Shown here: in pieces, positions 9,743 to 19,727 of the stretch
Layout of the letters: every line of letters begins with the position of its first letter
How positions within the stretch are numbered: the first letter of the stretch is position 1
NCBI GenBank assembly: GCA_036520835.1
Contig: DATDIX010000324.1
Location: 17,332 to 81,331 of the forward strand
From: Chitinophagaceae bacterium
Lineage (GTDB): Bacteria > Bacteroidota > Bacteroidia > Chitinophagales > Chitinophagaceae
Reading direction: 5' to 3'
Length of the DNA: 64,000 bases
Program-made: the position numbers and the translations under genes
Notes under the pieces: generated by a model
Told to the model about the DNA's origin: nothing
Databases searched by the model: none
Seen by the model: the letters and a program-made list of their open reading frames with translations, nothing else

Positions 9743-9797
9743 CTTCTTGCTTTAAAAACTGCTATATGAATAAAACAATTGCCCTGTATTGAAAAAT

Positions 9798-11354
9798 TTA
9801 ATATCCATCATTCTGTATTAATTGCGGGTTATTGTCCAGTTCACTTTGCTGAAAAGGCAGCAGATAATTTTTCGTCTCGAACTTCAGCGGTATATTGGCA
9901 GGTGTACTAAGTGTAGGCAACTTGATGTGTGCAATATTCCATCTCTTCAGGTCATTATAGCGTTGTCCTTCCAACGCAAATTCTATTCTTCTTTCATGCC
10001 TTATATAATCTCTCAACTTTTCCTTCGTATCATATTTTACCTGGTCGGTCGGGGGCATCGCAATCCCGGCTCTGCCTCTTACCTGGTCTATTGCCGCATA
10101 GACTGAAGCATCAGGACCACTCACTTCATTTTTCGCCTCAGCAAGCATTAATATTATATCTGCGTAACGCAAATGAATATAGTCCTGGTCTGTTGACGTC
10201 GCTGTCGTTGTGGTAAATGGCGCCCGTGTAAGATCAACATACTTCTCAGTGATGAAACTTGTTGCCGGCACATAACTACCCGACCACACCACGTTTGTAT
10301 TAGGGTTCCTCCATACTTCACCGGGAAGTTTTACCGTAAGATCAAGACGCGGATCACGGTTTAGGTAGGGAGTTGTGGGATTATACAAGGGTGACTCAGT
10401 AATAGATCTTCCGTCGGTCATTTCATAATCATCTATAAGATTTTTGTAAGGCTGCATCAATGAATACCATCCAAGCTCGATATCCATCCCGGCCGCACCA
10501 GGGCTTGTTCTCTGCGGATTGGATGTGGTAAGGTACTGGGTAGAGAACATGATCTCGATATTAACCGCTGCATTTGTTTGGCCTGACGTTTTAAAGATGG
10601 ATGCATAGTTATTGGATAATCCAAATTTGCCTGCCGCATTGCTCATGATCTGCTGCAACAGGGTCACAGCATTTGTCCATTTTTGTTCGGTTATCAAAAC
10701 TCTTGCTTTAATTCCCTGTGCACTTCCCCTTACCGCATGACCATTATATTTTTCATCGGGCAAATTGGCAATTGCATAGTCAAGGTCTTCTTCAATAAAG
10801 GCATATACCTCTTCCTTTGTACTCTTGGGGATCTTTACAGCATCCAGCGTAGTCGGGTAATTTTTATATACCACAACGCCACCGTAACTCTGCACAAGGT
10901 CGAAATAACACAATGCCCTGATAAATCTTACCTCCGCTTTGTATAAATTCTTCTTTGCATCTGTCAGTGGTGCCTTGTCAACATTGTCAAGAAAAAAATT
11001 GCAGGAAGAAATAGCCCTGTAAGGCGAGCTATACATATTAGCCAACGCACCACCTAAAGTAGGAGATATCCCGCCGGTTGTCATCAATAACATATTTGGC
11101 TGGTTGGTATTACCATCGAGATAAGCATTGTCTGACAGACCGTCGAGGTATATTCTTTCGTAACCAAGAAAATTCTGCTGCAGCCTTGTATAAACACCGG
11201 CCAAAGCACTTTGCACATCCGTCTCCGATGCCCAGAATATCTGGGTCGATACGCTGTCAAGGGGTGCCTTATCCAAAAAGTTTTTCTTACATGATGTAAC
11301 ACCGGCTACCAGGCAAATGCAAATAAAGGTGACGATTTTATTTTTGATAGTCAT
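9798..11354 (-). CDS. SusD/RagB-family nutrient-binding outer-membrane lipoprotein (pair 1)
   Basis: The 518-aa product has a lipobox (LVAGVTSCKK) and lies immediately downstream of a SusC-like gene. It shows TPR-like SusD features and the typical C-terminal NPxLxQNxGY. Confidence 0.9.
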   Translation of the reverse strand: MTIKNKIVTFICICLVAGVTSCKKNFLDKAPLDSVSTQIFWASETDVQSALAGVYTRLQQNFLGYERIYLDGLSDNAYLDGNTNQPNMLLMTTGGISPTLGGALANMYSSPYRAISSCNFFLDNVDKAPLTDAKKNLYKAEVRFIRALCYFDLVQSYGGVVVYKNYPTTLDAVKIPKSTKEEVYAFIEEDLDYAIANLPDEKYNGHAVRGSAQGIKARVLITEQKWTNAVTLLQQIMSNAAGKFGLSNNYASIFKTSGQTNAAVNIEIMFSTQYLTTSNPQRTSPGAAGMDIELGWYSLMQPYKNLIDDYEMTDGRSITESPLYNPTTPYLNRDPRLDLTVKLPGEVWRNPNTNVVWSGSYVPATSFITEKYVDLTRAPFTTTTATSTDQDYIHLRYADIILMLAEAKNEVSGPDASVYAAIDQVRGRAGIAMPPTDQVKYDTKEKLRDYIRHERRIEFALEGQRYNDLKRWNIAHIKLPTLSTPANIPLKFETKNYLLPFQQSELDNNPQLIQNDGY

Positions 11355-11358
11355 TGTA

Positions 11359-14300
11359 TTAGAATTTAACGTTTAAGCCAAGATTAAGAATTCTAGCTTG
11401 CGGGTACTGAACATAATTACCCGTAGTACTTGCCCGTTCGGGGTCACTTCCTTCATACTGTGTAAACGTTGCAAGATTATCCGCAGAAAAATATACCATT
11501 AGACCTTTGGCTTTTATGCGGGAACAAATGGATGCGGGAAGTGTATAGGAAAGCATGATGTTTTTCAATCGTAAATACGATGCATCCATCAGGTAATAAG
11601 TGGAACCCGTGTAAGCAGCTACTCCTGTATACCCTGCTGTATAGATAGCCGGTAATGTATTACTCCGGTTCTGTGGCGTCCAGGCATCACGCCATTTTGT
11701 TGTGGGTGGTGTACCCTGCATAAAAGGATCAACACCCCAGTTATTTACCCGGTTCTTTAATCCTTCAACACCCTGGAAAAAGAAAGTCAACTCAAAATTT
11801 TTATACCCAACATGTCCGCCGAAAGAATAGATGAAATCAGGATAAGCGCCATCAACGGCCATACGGTCATTGGCGTTTACAATCTTATCACCATTTATAT
11901 CCTTCATTTTAAGATCGCCTGCTTTGGGTGAAGCATTCAAGGCATGTACCGGAACATTGGGATTACCGATATCTTCAACCTGGAAAATACCATCCCATAT
12001 GTACAGGTAATGTGCATCATAAGGATAACCCACCTGCCTGATCGATGTACCAAAAGAAGGTGTGATGATCTGGTCTACCTGATTTTTCGCGGTTGAAAAG
12101 AGACCATTAAGACCATATCTTACATCGCCGATCTTATTCTCGTGTCTTAACTCAAGCTCTATTCCCTGCGAATGCATCTTTCCATTGTTAGTTGTTGGAC
12201 CGGATAAACCCAGGCTTGCAGGCACAGGTATTGAAGAAAGAATATCAAACGTGTTTTTCCTGAACCAGTCAAATGTAACACCCAGCAATCCTTTGAAAAT
12301 ATCAAGGTCGAATCCAAAATCAGTGATCTTTGTTGTTTCCCATTTAATGCTCTGGTCCCTGAATGAATTTAATACAGCTCCGGAAACCGGGGTGCCATTG
12401 CCAAAAGGATAACTAACATTAAGAGACAGAACATCCTGGTAAGGATAATTACCAATATCCTGGTTTCCAAGTGTACCATAAGATGCCCGGATTTTAAAAT
12501 TATTTACCCAGTCAAGTTTATCCCTGAAAAAATCTTCACTTGACAGCAGCCATCCTGCCGATACGGAAGGAAACAATCCCCATCGGTAATCCTCTGAAAC
12601 CCTGGATGTGCCATCATATCTCAGGTTTGCTTCCAATAAATATTTGCCTTTATAATTATAGTTGACTCTTCCAAAAAATGATTGCAGTACGGCTTCAGAA
12701 GGTCCCGACAATCCCGGCAATCTCGGATATGTATTTAACAAGGCCTCGCCGGTTGATGAATACCCGGCAATCTCGGTCAGGGTAGATGACACGCCGTTAA
12801 ATCTTCTGCCACGCAATGTCTGGAACTTATTATAAACCTGTTCATATCCTGCCAGTGCTTTCACAGAGTGATCGCCGAACATATTGTCGTAGGAAACGGT
12901 CGTGTATATAGTGGGGGATAAGGTTTTTGAATACTGGTCAGTAACACCCACAAGGTCTGGTCCAAGAGTGAAAGCCTGGTAATCATTTGTTGCAGGATCT
13001 TTCACCTGTAAATAATAGGATTGATAAGGGTGCTGGTACATTTTGTAGTACTCGTCCGTGTAGTTCACTGCTACTTTGGACGACCAGGTAAATGATTTGA
13101 GGAATTTGACATCCATATATGCCTGTGCATTCAGGTTGTATTCTTTAAAATTCTGCCATCCCATGGCAAAAGCCTCCTGTGCATTCCGGTTCTTTCCTTC
13201 GTTAACGTAAGCCTTTGTAACAATCCTTCCGCTGCCATCAGGTAAGAAAGGCCCGATCAAAGGTCCGGCTGCATAAACCAGCAGCGAAACATTCTCGCTT
13301 GTAAAAGCTGGTTCCTGCCTGTCCTTATAGGTGCCGTTTAATATTGTACCTATCGTTACTGCTTTACTGACCTGGTTAGTGTAGTTCAGCAAAATATTAT
13401 ACCGTTTGAAACTATACTCAGGCAGCATGGCATCCTGGTCAAGATAACTTACAGAAAGATTATAGGCGCTTTTGTCACTGCCTCCTGAAAGCGATAAGTT
13501 ATGATTCATGACAAATGCAGGCTGGAAATAGTAATCTACCGGATCAAAATTGGGATACTGGTTGCGGTCTGTTGCATTCCTGTACTTGTCGATCTCAAGA
13601 GGGTCATATTTAAAAGCTACCCCGCTGCGGGTAGCAGCTGCATTATACATTTCCATGTATTCTGCTGAATTTGTGATGAAGTCCGGGAATGCTGTAGCAG
13701 CCTGTCTTGAAAAATTGACAGTATAGTTAACCAGCGTCGCTCCTTTTTTACCTTTTTTTGTTGTGATCAGAACTACACCATTGGCCGCTCTTGATCCGTA
13801 GATAGATGCGGAAGCTGCATCCTTTAATACTGTGATATTCTCTATATCATTTGGTGAAAGGTTATTGAAATTCCCGATCACACCATCTATTAATACTAAT
13901 GGAGCAGTGCTGGTAGAAAATGAGCTGCGGCCACGTATCAGAAGCGCCGGGTTATCACGGCCAGGCTCGGAAGAAGGTTGTGTTACCTGTAAGCCTGTTA
14001 CCCTGCCTTCGAGCAGGTTGGCAGAATTAGGAGCGGGTCTTCTTGTCAATACACTACCGGAAACAGTGGCAACAGAGCCGGTAAGATTTGCTTTCCGTTG
14101 TGAGCCATACCCGATCACTACAACATCAGACAATGTAGATTCTGCAACTTTCAATTGGATGGCAATCGTGCTTTTGCCACTTACATTCACTTCCTGTTCC
14201 TCATGACCGACATAAGAGAATACCAACCGGGTAGCACCCTGCGGCATTTGTATTGAAAAATCGCCGTTTGCATCGGTAACAACTGATACTTGTGTTCCTT

Positions 14301-14478
14301 TCGCTGTAATCGAAACTCCGGTCAATGGTTCACCATCCTGGTTGGTAACCTTACCAGTGATCGTTGCCTGGAATGGTGATCGGAAGTGATCAACGTGATT
14401 GTTGGAGAAACCGGGAGTGGCCAGTGCCGGGAAAGACAGGCAAAAAACTATCCCTACGGCAAGCAGTTGTCGTTTCAT
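11359..14478 (-). CDS. SusC/RagA-family TonB-dependent outer-membrane transporter (pair 1)
   Basis: The 1039-aa product has a signal peptide and a carboxypeptidase-regulatory-like domain (ITGKVTNQDGEPLTGVSI). It also has a plug region (VVVIGYGSQRKANLTGSV) and a C-terminal beta-barrel ending in F. No N-terminal STN extension is present. Confidence 0.9.
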   Translation of the reverse strand: MKRQLLAVGIVFCLSFPALATPGFSNNHVDHFRSPFQATITGKVTNQDGEPLTGVSITAKGTQVSVVTDANGDFSIQMPQGATRLVFSYVGHEEQEVNVSGKSTIAIQLKVAESTLSDVVVIGYGSQRKANLTGSVATVSGSVLTRRPAPNSANLLEGRVTGLQVTQPSSEPGRDNPALLIRGRSSFSTSTAPLVLIDGVIGNFNNLSPNDIENITVLKDAASASIYGSRAANGVVLITTKKGKKGATLVNYTVNFSRQAATAFPDFITNSAEYMEMYNAAATRSGVAFKYDPLEIDKYRNATDRNQYPNFDPVDYYFQPAFVMNHNLSLSGGSDKSAYNLSVSYLDQDAMLPEYSFKRYNILLNYTNQVSKAVTIGTILNGTYKDRQEPAFTSENVSLLVYAAGPLIGPFLPDGSGRIVTKAYVNEGKNRNAQEAFAMGWQNFKEYNLNAQAYMDVKFLKSFTWSSKVAVNYTDEYYKMYQHPYQSYYLQVKDPATNDYQAFTLGPDLVGVTDQYSKTLSPTIYTTVSYDNMFGDHSVKALAGYEQVYNKFQTLRGRRFNGVSSTLTEIAGYSSTGEALLNTYPRLPGLSGPSEAVLQSFFGRVNYNYKGKYLLEANLRYDGTSRVSEDYRWGLFPSVSAGWLLSSEDFFRDKLDWVNNFKIRASYGTLGNQDIGNYPYQDVLSLNVSYPFGNGTPVSGAVLNSFRDQSIKWETTKITDFGFDLDIFKGLLGVTFDWFRKNTFDILSSIPVPASLGLSGPTTNNGKMHSQGIELELRHENKIGDVRYGLNGLFSTAKNQVDQIITPSFGTSIRQVGYPYDAHYLYIWDGIFQVEDIGNPNVPVHALNASPKAGDLKMKDINGDKIVNANDRMAVDGAYPDFIYSFGGHVGYKNFELTFFFQGVEGLKNRVNNWGVDPFMQGTPPTTKWRDAWTPQNRSNTLPAIYTAGYTGVAAYTGSTYYLMDASYLRLKNIMLSYTLPASICSRIKAKGLMVYFSADNLATFTQYEGSDPERASTTGNYVQYPQARILNLGLNVKF

Positions 14479-14550
14479 AGCAAATCGTTAGTTTAATATT
14501 TAATTAATACAGGCTTTCTATAAGAAAAGTAACAAGAACTTTAACCTTTG

Positions 14551-14619
14551 CTAAAAGTAGATTCATGTAAAAGGGAAGACAATGTTATTATTAACTATAA
14601 TGATGGAAGATTTTACTAT
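14551..14619 (-). promoter_or_regulatory. Operator-promoter module, copy 2, upstream of susC-like gene 1
   Basis: The minus strand reads ATAGTAAAATCTTCCATCATTATAG (14619..14595), then exactly 35 nt, then TACTTTTAG (14559..14551). The ATG at 14478 lies 73 nt downstream. Confidence 0.6.
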
Positions 14620-14675
14620 TTTATTTTCCGGATATGATTCAATACATGCGGGGTGCAATAAAAAACGGGAAGTTA

Positions 14676-16967
14676 TTACTGGAATATTTTTTTCAGATAC
14701 ACCGTATTTGCTCCGTAATTATATTTTGTATCTGAGGCCTTTTTTGCATCGCGGCTTCGTTCGATCACCAGCCAGCCGCTCCAGCCCATTTCATCCAATG
14801 TCTTTTTCACTTTATACATGTCTATCTGCGGGTCCTTCTCCAGCCATACGCTGTCTTTGTTCGTGGCATGTATCATGCAGATACGGTCTTTCCCTAATAT
14901 TTTCAATTCTGATAATAGATCCCTGCCTTCTTTTAATGGATTGGAGAAATTGAAATAGATCTTAATGGCAGGCGAACCGATTTCCTTTAACAACTGTACT
15001 TCTTCTTTCGCACTCAGGGCGGTTTCAATACCAATCACTACATTGGCGGTTTCAGCCATCTTACCCGCTACTTTTAACCTGGCTACAACAGAATCCCTTA
15101 CAGAAGGATTTTTCTTTAAATCGCATTGCACACCCAATGGAAGAAATGCTGTCTTTACATTCATCAGCTTCATAGTAGTGATACAATCTTCAATAGATCT
15201 TTTATATTCCTCCCTGTTGCAGAATGACTGGGCATAATAACCCGTCATAGCTAAGGAAAATATTTCCACATTATTCTCTTTAGCGGTTTGCAAAAACTTA
15301 TTGCGTACTGAGTCAGTCAATAGCTGGTTATCAAATGTCGGTCGGGTGCCTAAACCTCCCATATCTACTTCTACCCCATCTGCTTTTAACTCGCCTGTAA
15401 GCGTGATAGCGCCTAATCGCTGTCTTTTTAATAACATCAGGTCGATCAAGCCAATTTTATACCGCTGGTTGTTCTTTGCTTTTTTTATTTCTTCGTCAAA
15501 AACCATTTCGAGGTTTTCAAACCCTTTAATGGCGTGTGCCGGTAGTCGTTCCCCTTTATCACCAAAAACATATAATGCCTGCTCAGGCTCAATAGTGATT
15601 TTTGATTCATCGATCTTACCAGCTACATCCTGTACAGCTTTTAAGTTCAATCCTAAATATTTCGCCATGAATTCGTACACTGCTGTTCTTTTATTGATAC
15701 CGAAATCATGTTTCTCATCCGGCAGGTGAACATTCACTACATTCTCCTTTTTACCATACCAGCTATACATCTTTTGTAAATAAGGAAAATCATGCTCTGG
15801 CATACGGTCCGTCCAATCACCGCCATCGCTTACTATTAATTGCGGGCGGGGCGCTGCCATCGCTGCAATCTCTACATTGTCTGTTCTTCCGCCACAACTA
15901 TGAATATCCATTCCGCTTTCACAGGGACAACCGCCATAGAAATAAGAAGAAAGCGAAACAACCGGGGCGGATACTTTGATGCGGTCATCCAGGGCTGTCA
16001 TCAACACGGTATGACTCCCTGCACCGGAACCACCGGTCATAGCTACACGATTGATATCTGCGTCCTTTAATGATAATAAATAATCAAGAATTCGGATACT
16101 GCCCAATGCCTGTATCGTCATCGACAAACTCCTGCGGTGGTCTTCAAGTTTAAATTGCAATAATGATTCGCCCCAGGCAAACAGATCGTAACTGAATGCC
16201 ATAGCTCCCATTTTTGCTAATGCCGCACAGCGATACTGGCAATCGGGGCGATACCGTTGTTTTTCCCAATGACCATCGGGATTAAGTATTACCGGTATCT
16301 TACCTTTATACTTTGCAGGTTTGTATAAAGATCCATTGATCCATACACCGGGTAATATTTCTAAGGCGATATTCTCAACTGTATATCCATCAAATTTTCT
16401 TTGCGCTGTGATGACAGGTTTGCCCTTGGGTGCGGCAGGCAAATGTGACAACTGCAACGCTTCAAGCAAACAGGGTTTTAATTCCATTTTCCGCTTTTCC
16501 CATTCTTCTGCTGTTTTGTATTGCGCAGCTATCCTGTCCAGTTCTGCCCAGCCTTCCTCCGGGTTCCAGCGATAATATTCATAATAACTCAGCTTATACA
16601 CTTTATCCTTTTCTTTTTTCACTTTCATGTCCAGCGGCTTCAGTATATTATCTAACGTAACTTCGACATCACTCCTGTATCTCCATTCAGCGTAGCTCAC
16701 TGTTTTATTGGCCACCATGCTATCGGGGTATTTGATGGTCACGCCATACTTCTTTTGAATATCTGTCAAAACCTGTTTTAAAGGTTTGCGGTACGCATTG
16801 TCAGCATTCAACTGGGCAAGAGTTGCATTAGCCCACAAAGACACCAGCACACAAAGAAGAAAGGTATATATCACGCAACGGCGCAAAGCCGTGACGTTTA
16901 GGTTTACTATTCCGGTGTTTCGTTGCCTCGTTGCACCTTTCCCGTAACCTTTAGTATTATTTCTCAT
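14676..16967 (-). CDS. Secreted tri-domain fusion: STN/DUF4974-like module, alpha/beta-hydrolase (esterase) domain and xylose-isomerase-like TIM-barrel domain
   Basis: The track ORF starts with TTG at 17018, so I use the ATG at 16967 (MRNNTKG...). It overlaps the upstream stop by 11 nt. The signal peptide is FLLCVLVSLWANATLAQ. The STN-like stretch reads PLKQVLTDIQKKYGVTIKYPDSMVANKTV...LDNILKPLDMKV. The hydrolase core reads VAMTGGSGAGSHT. The C-terminal ~270 aa (GVEVDMGG...VIGIETA...IYFNFSNP...CMIHATN...WLVIERS) resembles sugar-phosphate isomerase/epimerase TIM barrels. Confidence 0.65.
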   Translation of the reverse strand: MRNNTKGYGKGATRQRNTGIVNLNVTALRRCVIYTFLLCVLVSLWANATLAQLNADNAYRKPLKQVLTDIQKKYGVTIKYPDSMVANKTVSYAEWRYRSDVEVTLDNILKPLDMKVKKEKDKVYKLSYYEYYRWNPEEGWAELDRIAAQYKTAEEWEKRKMELKPCLLEALQLSHLPAAPKGKPVITAQRKFDGYTVENIALEILPGVWINGSLYKPAKYKGKIPVILNPDGHWEKQRYRPDCQYRCAALAKMGAMAFSYDLFAWGESLLQFKLEDHRRSLSMTIQALGSIRILDYLLSLKDADINRVAMTGGSGAGSHTVLMTALDDRIKVSAPVVSLSSYFYGGCPCESGMDIHSCGGRTDNVEIAAMAAPRPQLIVSDGGDWTDRMPEHDFPYLQKMYSWYGKKENVVNVHLPDEKHDFGINKRTAVYEFMAKYLGLNLKAVQDVAGKIDESKITIEPEQALYVFGDKGERLPAHAIKGFENLEMVFDEEIKKAKNNQRYKIGLIDLMLLKRQRLGAITLTGELKADGVEVDMGGLGTRPTFDNQLLTDSVRNKFLQTAKENNVEIFSLAMTGYYAQSFCNREEYKRSIEDCITTMKLMNVKTAFLPLGVQCDLKKNPSVRDSVVARLKVAGKMAETANVVIGIETALSAKEEVQLLKEIGSPAIKIYFNFSNPLKEGRDLLSELKILGKDRICMIHATNKDSVWLEKDPQIDMYKVKKTLDEMGWSGWLVIERSRDAKKASDTKYNYGANTVYLKKIFQ

Positions 16968-18510
16968 TCGTATTCCTTTTTTGCTGTCTCCAATTACTGT
17001 ATAATAAATTTCGGTCAATTACCGGTTTTGGAAAAAATAAACTGGCAATATATCCCACCACGATCACGATCAGGTGACTGTACACACCAAGCATCAGCTT
17101 ATGGTGTGTAAAATTATAGTCACCCAGATCCAGTAATACTTTTTTATTATGGACACCAACCGGTGTTGAGGTCAACAAAGCATAGGCCGTAAATAAAATA
17201 CAAACAATAATGCCGATATTAACTCCCTGCCGGTTGGCCCTTGCGCTCAGTATCCCCAGCAGGAAGATACCAACAATACCCCCGGAAAAGATCGCATATA
17301 AGGTAAAGACCACACCGAGTACCCCCTCGTTGCCTGTACGTAGATATAATGCCCCGATACCTGCGGAAATGATACCGGATAGCACAACGAGAATTTTCCC
17401 GGTGCGCAGGTATTGTTTGTCAGGTCTGCCGGGTTTTAGTTTTTTATAATAATCTTCCACTCCCACAGCAGCCAATGAATTCAGGTCAGCACTGAGGCTA
17501 CAGATAGCTGCGGATACCAATGCTGCTACAATGAAACCGACAATACCAGTCGGCAATTGCGTCATGATGAAATGAGGAAATGCGGCTTCGGCCTTCATCC
17601 CTTCCGGTAATCCTTGTTGCTTATAGAAAACAAATAAGGCTGTGCCAATAAACATAAACATGGTCCAGATTGGAACAGTAAGCGAGATACCCAGCAAGGA
17701 AGCCCTGATAGCTGATTTATCAGTCTTGGCGGTAAGATAACGCTGCACTACTGTTTGGTCAGTACCGTATTTCTGGATAGCATAGAAAGCACCGTTGATG
17801 ATCATAACGATGAGTGTCAACTGTGTAAGGTCTGTATTATAAGGCCCAAATCCTGCCCGATCATTTTCAGAAGCGATCTTTATGGCTTCGGGTACACCGC
17901 CTTTGATAGAGAACAATAATATGCCGAGGCAGATGATACCGCTGGCAAACAACATGAAACCCTGGAATACATCGAGCCAGATAACGGCCTGCATACCTCC
18001 TTTCAGGTTCACAATGATCAATACCAGGCTCACGATGGCAAGAATGGCAAATGCATTGATGCCGGTTATTTTGCTGATGGCTACAGCTATCAAAAAAAGA
18101 ACGGTCCCCATGCCCGCAAACTGGCGGAGAATAAAAGATGATGAGCTATAGTACCGGGCAAAAATCCCAAATCGCTTTTCAAAATACTCGTAAGTGCTTA
18201 ACCCGATCACTTTCCTGTAGAGTGGTACAATGAACCAGATAGTACCAAGCAGAACTATTGGAACCATCAATCCCTGCACTAATAAGATCCAGTTGCTGGT
18301 GAATCCCTGTGCAGGATAACCAAGAAAAGTAACACTGCTGATCAGGGTTGATAATAAGGAAAGCCCCAGTGCCCAGGAAGGAAAATTCCCTTTCGATAAA
18401 AAAAAGTTCTCCGTTGTGTTTTGCTTTTTAGAGAACCTGAAACCAAGATATAATGTGACCCCCATTACAAGCAGGATAATGCAATAATCTATAAAATGTA
18501 AGTGATTCAT
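16957..18510 (-). CDS. Sodium:solute symporter family transporter (SSS paralog 2)
   Basis: This is a polytopic membrane protein. The track start at 18525 is TTG, so I prefer the ATG at 18510 (MNHLHFIDYCIILLV...). Confidence 0.85.
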   Translation of the reverse strand: MNHLHFIDYCIILLVMGVTLYLGFRFSKKQNTTENFFLSKGNFPSWALGLSLLSTLISSVTFLGYPAQGFTSNWILLVQGLMVPIVLLGTIWFIVPLYRKVIGLSTYEYFEKRFGIFARYYSSSSFILRQFAGMGTVLFLIAVAISKITGINAFAILAIVSLVLIIVNLKGGMQAVIWLDVFQGFMLFASGIICLGILLFSIKGGVPEAIKIASENDRAGFGPYNTDLTQLTLIVMIINGAFYAIQKYGTDQTVVQRYLTAKTDKSAIRASLLGISLTVPIWTMFMFIGTALFVFYKQQGLPEGMKAEAAFPHFIMTQLPTGIVGFIVAALVSAAICSLSADLNSLAAVGVEDYYKKLKPGRPDKQYLRTGKILVVLSGIISAGIGALYLRTGNEGVLGVVFTLYAIFSGGIVGIFLLGILSARANRQGVNIGIIVCILFTAYALLTSTPVGVHNKKVLLDLGDYNFTHHKLMLGVYSHLIVIVVGYIASLFFPKPVIDRNLLYSNWRQQKRNTNEK

Positions 18511-18587
18511 TGGCGGCCTCCCCAAACCCCTCCTATGGAGAGGGTTAGAACCCTACTTTCGTAAAAGTTCAAACAGGTTCGTTAGTT

Positions 18588-19727
18588 TTATTTTATTAAA
18601 TACAATTTCACAATTTCTTCAGGCAGTTCATAACTACCCGGCTTTACAGTTATATATAAATCCTTTGCTTTCATCCGCACCACACCCCTTTCCAATTCAT
18701 TTACCAATGACAGCGTTTTAATATCCAGTTCGTTCAGAATGGACGCAGCGGTGGAACCACCTTCAATAAATAATTCTTTTACACTTCCTTTCTCCAGTAT
18801 CTTTTTAACAGCTGTAGCCATGATCGTCCGCAGGTACACGGGGGATGCATTCCATGGGTTTACATCCTCGTCATCGATCGCTATTACTGCCTTCTTATGT
18901 TTATCGAGCATTTCTGTTACCGTATTATACCAGGATTCATTATTGACATTACCTGTTTGCATCATGGCAGCCGGCATATAAGCTACACAGTTCAGTTCAT
19001 TTTTTATTCTTTTAATAAAATCACGGCTTTTCCCAAATGCTGTTCCGCTTACATACAAATGCGGTGATCCAACAGGGCTTACCGGTTTTACGGCAGCTTT
19101 GTATTTCCTGGCAAGTAATGCGTTGAAAAAATCACCGGCTCCGGCCAGCACCCAGTCATTATCTATTTTAGTTGCCCAGCCCGTAATATCCTTTTCAAAT
19201 ACCGCTTCACCGATAACAATACCCTTATCCGGCAAACTATCGGTATGTTTTAGAACCTTCACTTCACCGGTGCCGGCTCTTAACATCTGTACTACTGATG
19301 AATCCCTGATCGCAAACTCAGGATCAGTTTCAAAATCCGTTTCACTTATCGGGTCACCGTTGACAAAATAATTCCCGTTTTTAATTGTTCTGCCTAAAGA
19401 GGGGTTAGTTCCCAGGACCAGTGCCTTCGTTTTTCCTGACTGCTGCATCTGTATCTTCAATTCATCCAGTACATGACCACGAAAGACAGAATCAATTTTT
19501 TTATATATGAACTCCGGTTTTAATTTCAGCACTTCTTTCATCACCTCGTCTGTGATCCTTTTTGCATCAGTTTTATTCAAAGACCTGCTATCCGTGCAAA
19601 CAACAAACAGGTCTGCCCCGGTTTCCGGAATAACAGACGTAACTAACTCTACGGCCAGATCATACCGTAAACCTATCCCGGCAATTTCTGCGGCACCTGT
19701 AAGGTCATCTGCTATTACTGCAATCAT
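18588..19727 (-). CDS. DUF1537 four-carbon acid-sugar kinase family protein (D-threonate/D-erythronate kinase class)
   Basis: The 379-aa product begins MIAVIADDLTGAAEIAG, the characteristic ADDxTGA motif of DUF1537. Its start overlaps the PdxA-family stop in an ATGA arrangement. Confidence 0.8.
   Translation of the reverse strand: MIAVIADDLTGAAEIAGIGLRYDLAVELVTSVIPETGADLFVVCTDSRSLNKTDAKRITDEVMKEVLKLKPEFIYKKIDSVFRGHVLDELKIQMQQSGKTKALVLGTNPSLGRTIKNGNYFVNGDPISETDFETDPEFAIRDSSVVQMLRAGTGEVKVLKHTDSLPDKGIVIGEAVFEKDITGWATKIDNDWVLAGAGDFFNALLARKYKAAVKPVSPVGSPHLYVSGTAFGKSRDFIKRIKNELNCVAYMPAAMMQTGNVNNESWYNTVTEMLDKHKKAVIAIDDEDVNPWNASPVYLRTIMATAVKKILEKGSVKELFIEGGSTAASILNELDIKTLSLVNELERGVVRMKAKDLYITVKPGSYELPEEIVKLYLIK

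Noticed and set aside
9580-9792. A 70-aa plus-strand ORF lying entirely in the susD-1 / beta-helix intergenic region.
   Set aside because: It would be the only plus-strand gene in 64 kb. It overlaps the minus-strand terminator hairpin, and its sequence is basic and low-complexity with no motif. It is most likely non-coding.
17018-17018. N-terminal extensions in the ORF track that start at TTG codons (17018, 18525, 21663, 41892, 53254, 59223 and 63963).
   Set aside because: In each case the extension overlaps the upstream gene or adds a non-signal-peptide leader. An in-frame ATG follows shortly, or for 63963 the frame simply continues out of the window. I therefore used the shorter ATG starts. 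Only 50455, 35986/35941 (TTG) and 46029 (GTG) appear to need non-ATG starts.
18511-18587. Hairpins in the gap between the kinase and SSS-2 genes: AGGGTT-CT-AACCCT and CCUCUCC-AUA-GGAGGGG followed by UUUGGGG.
   Set aside because: The first has a loop too small to form. The second has a G-U pair and only three U residues after it. The region may also be coding if the TTG at 18525 is used. There is not enough evidence to call a terminator or attenuator.
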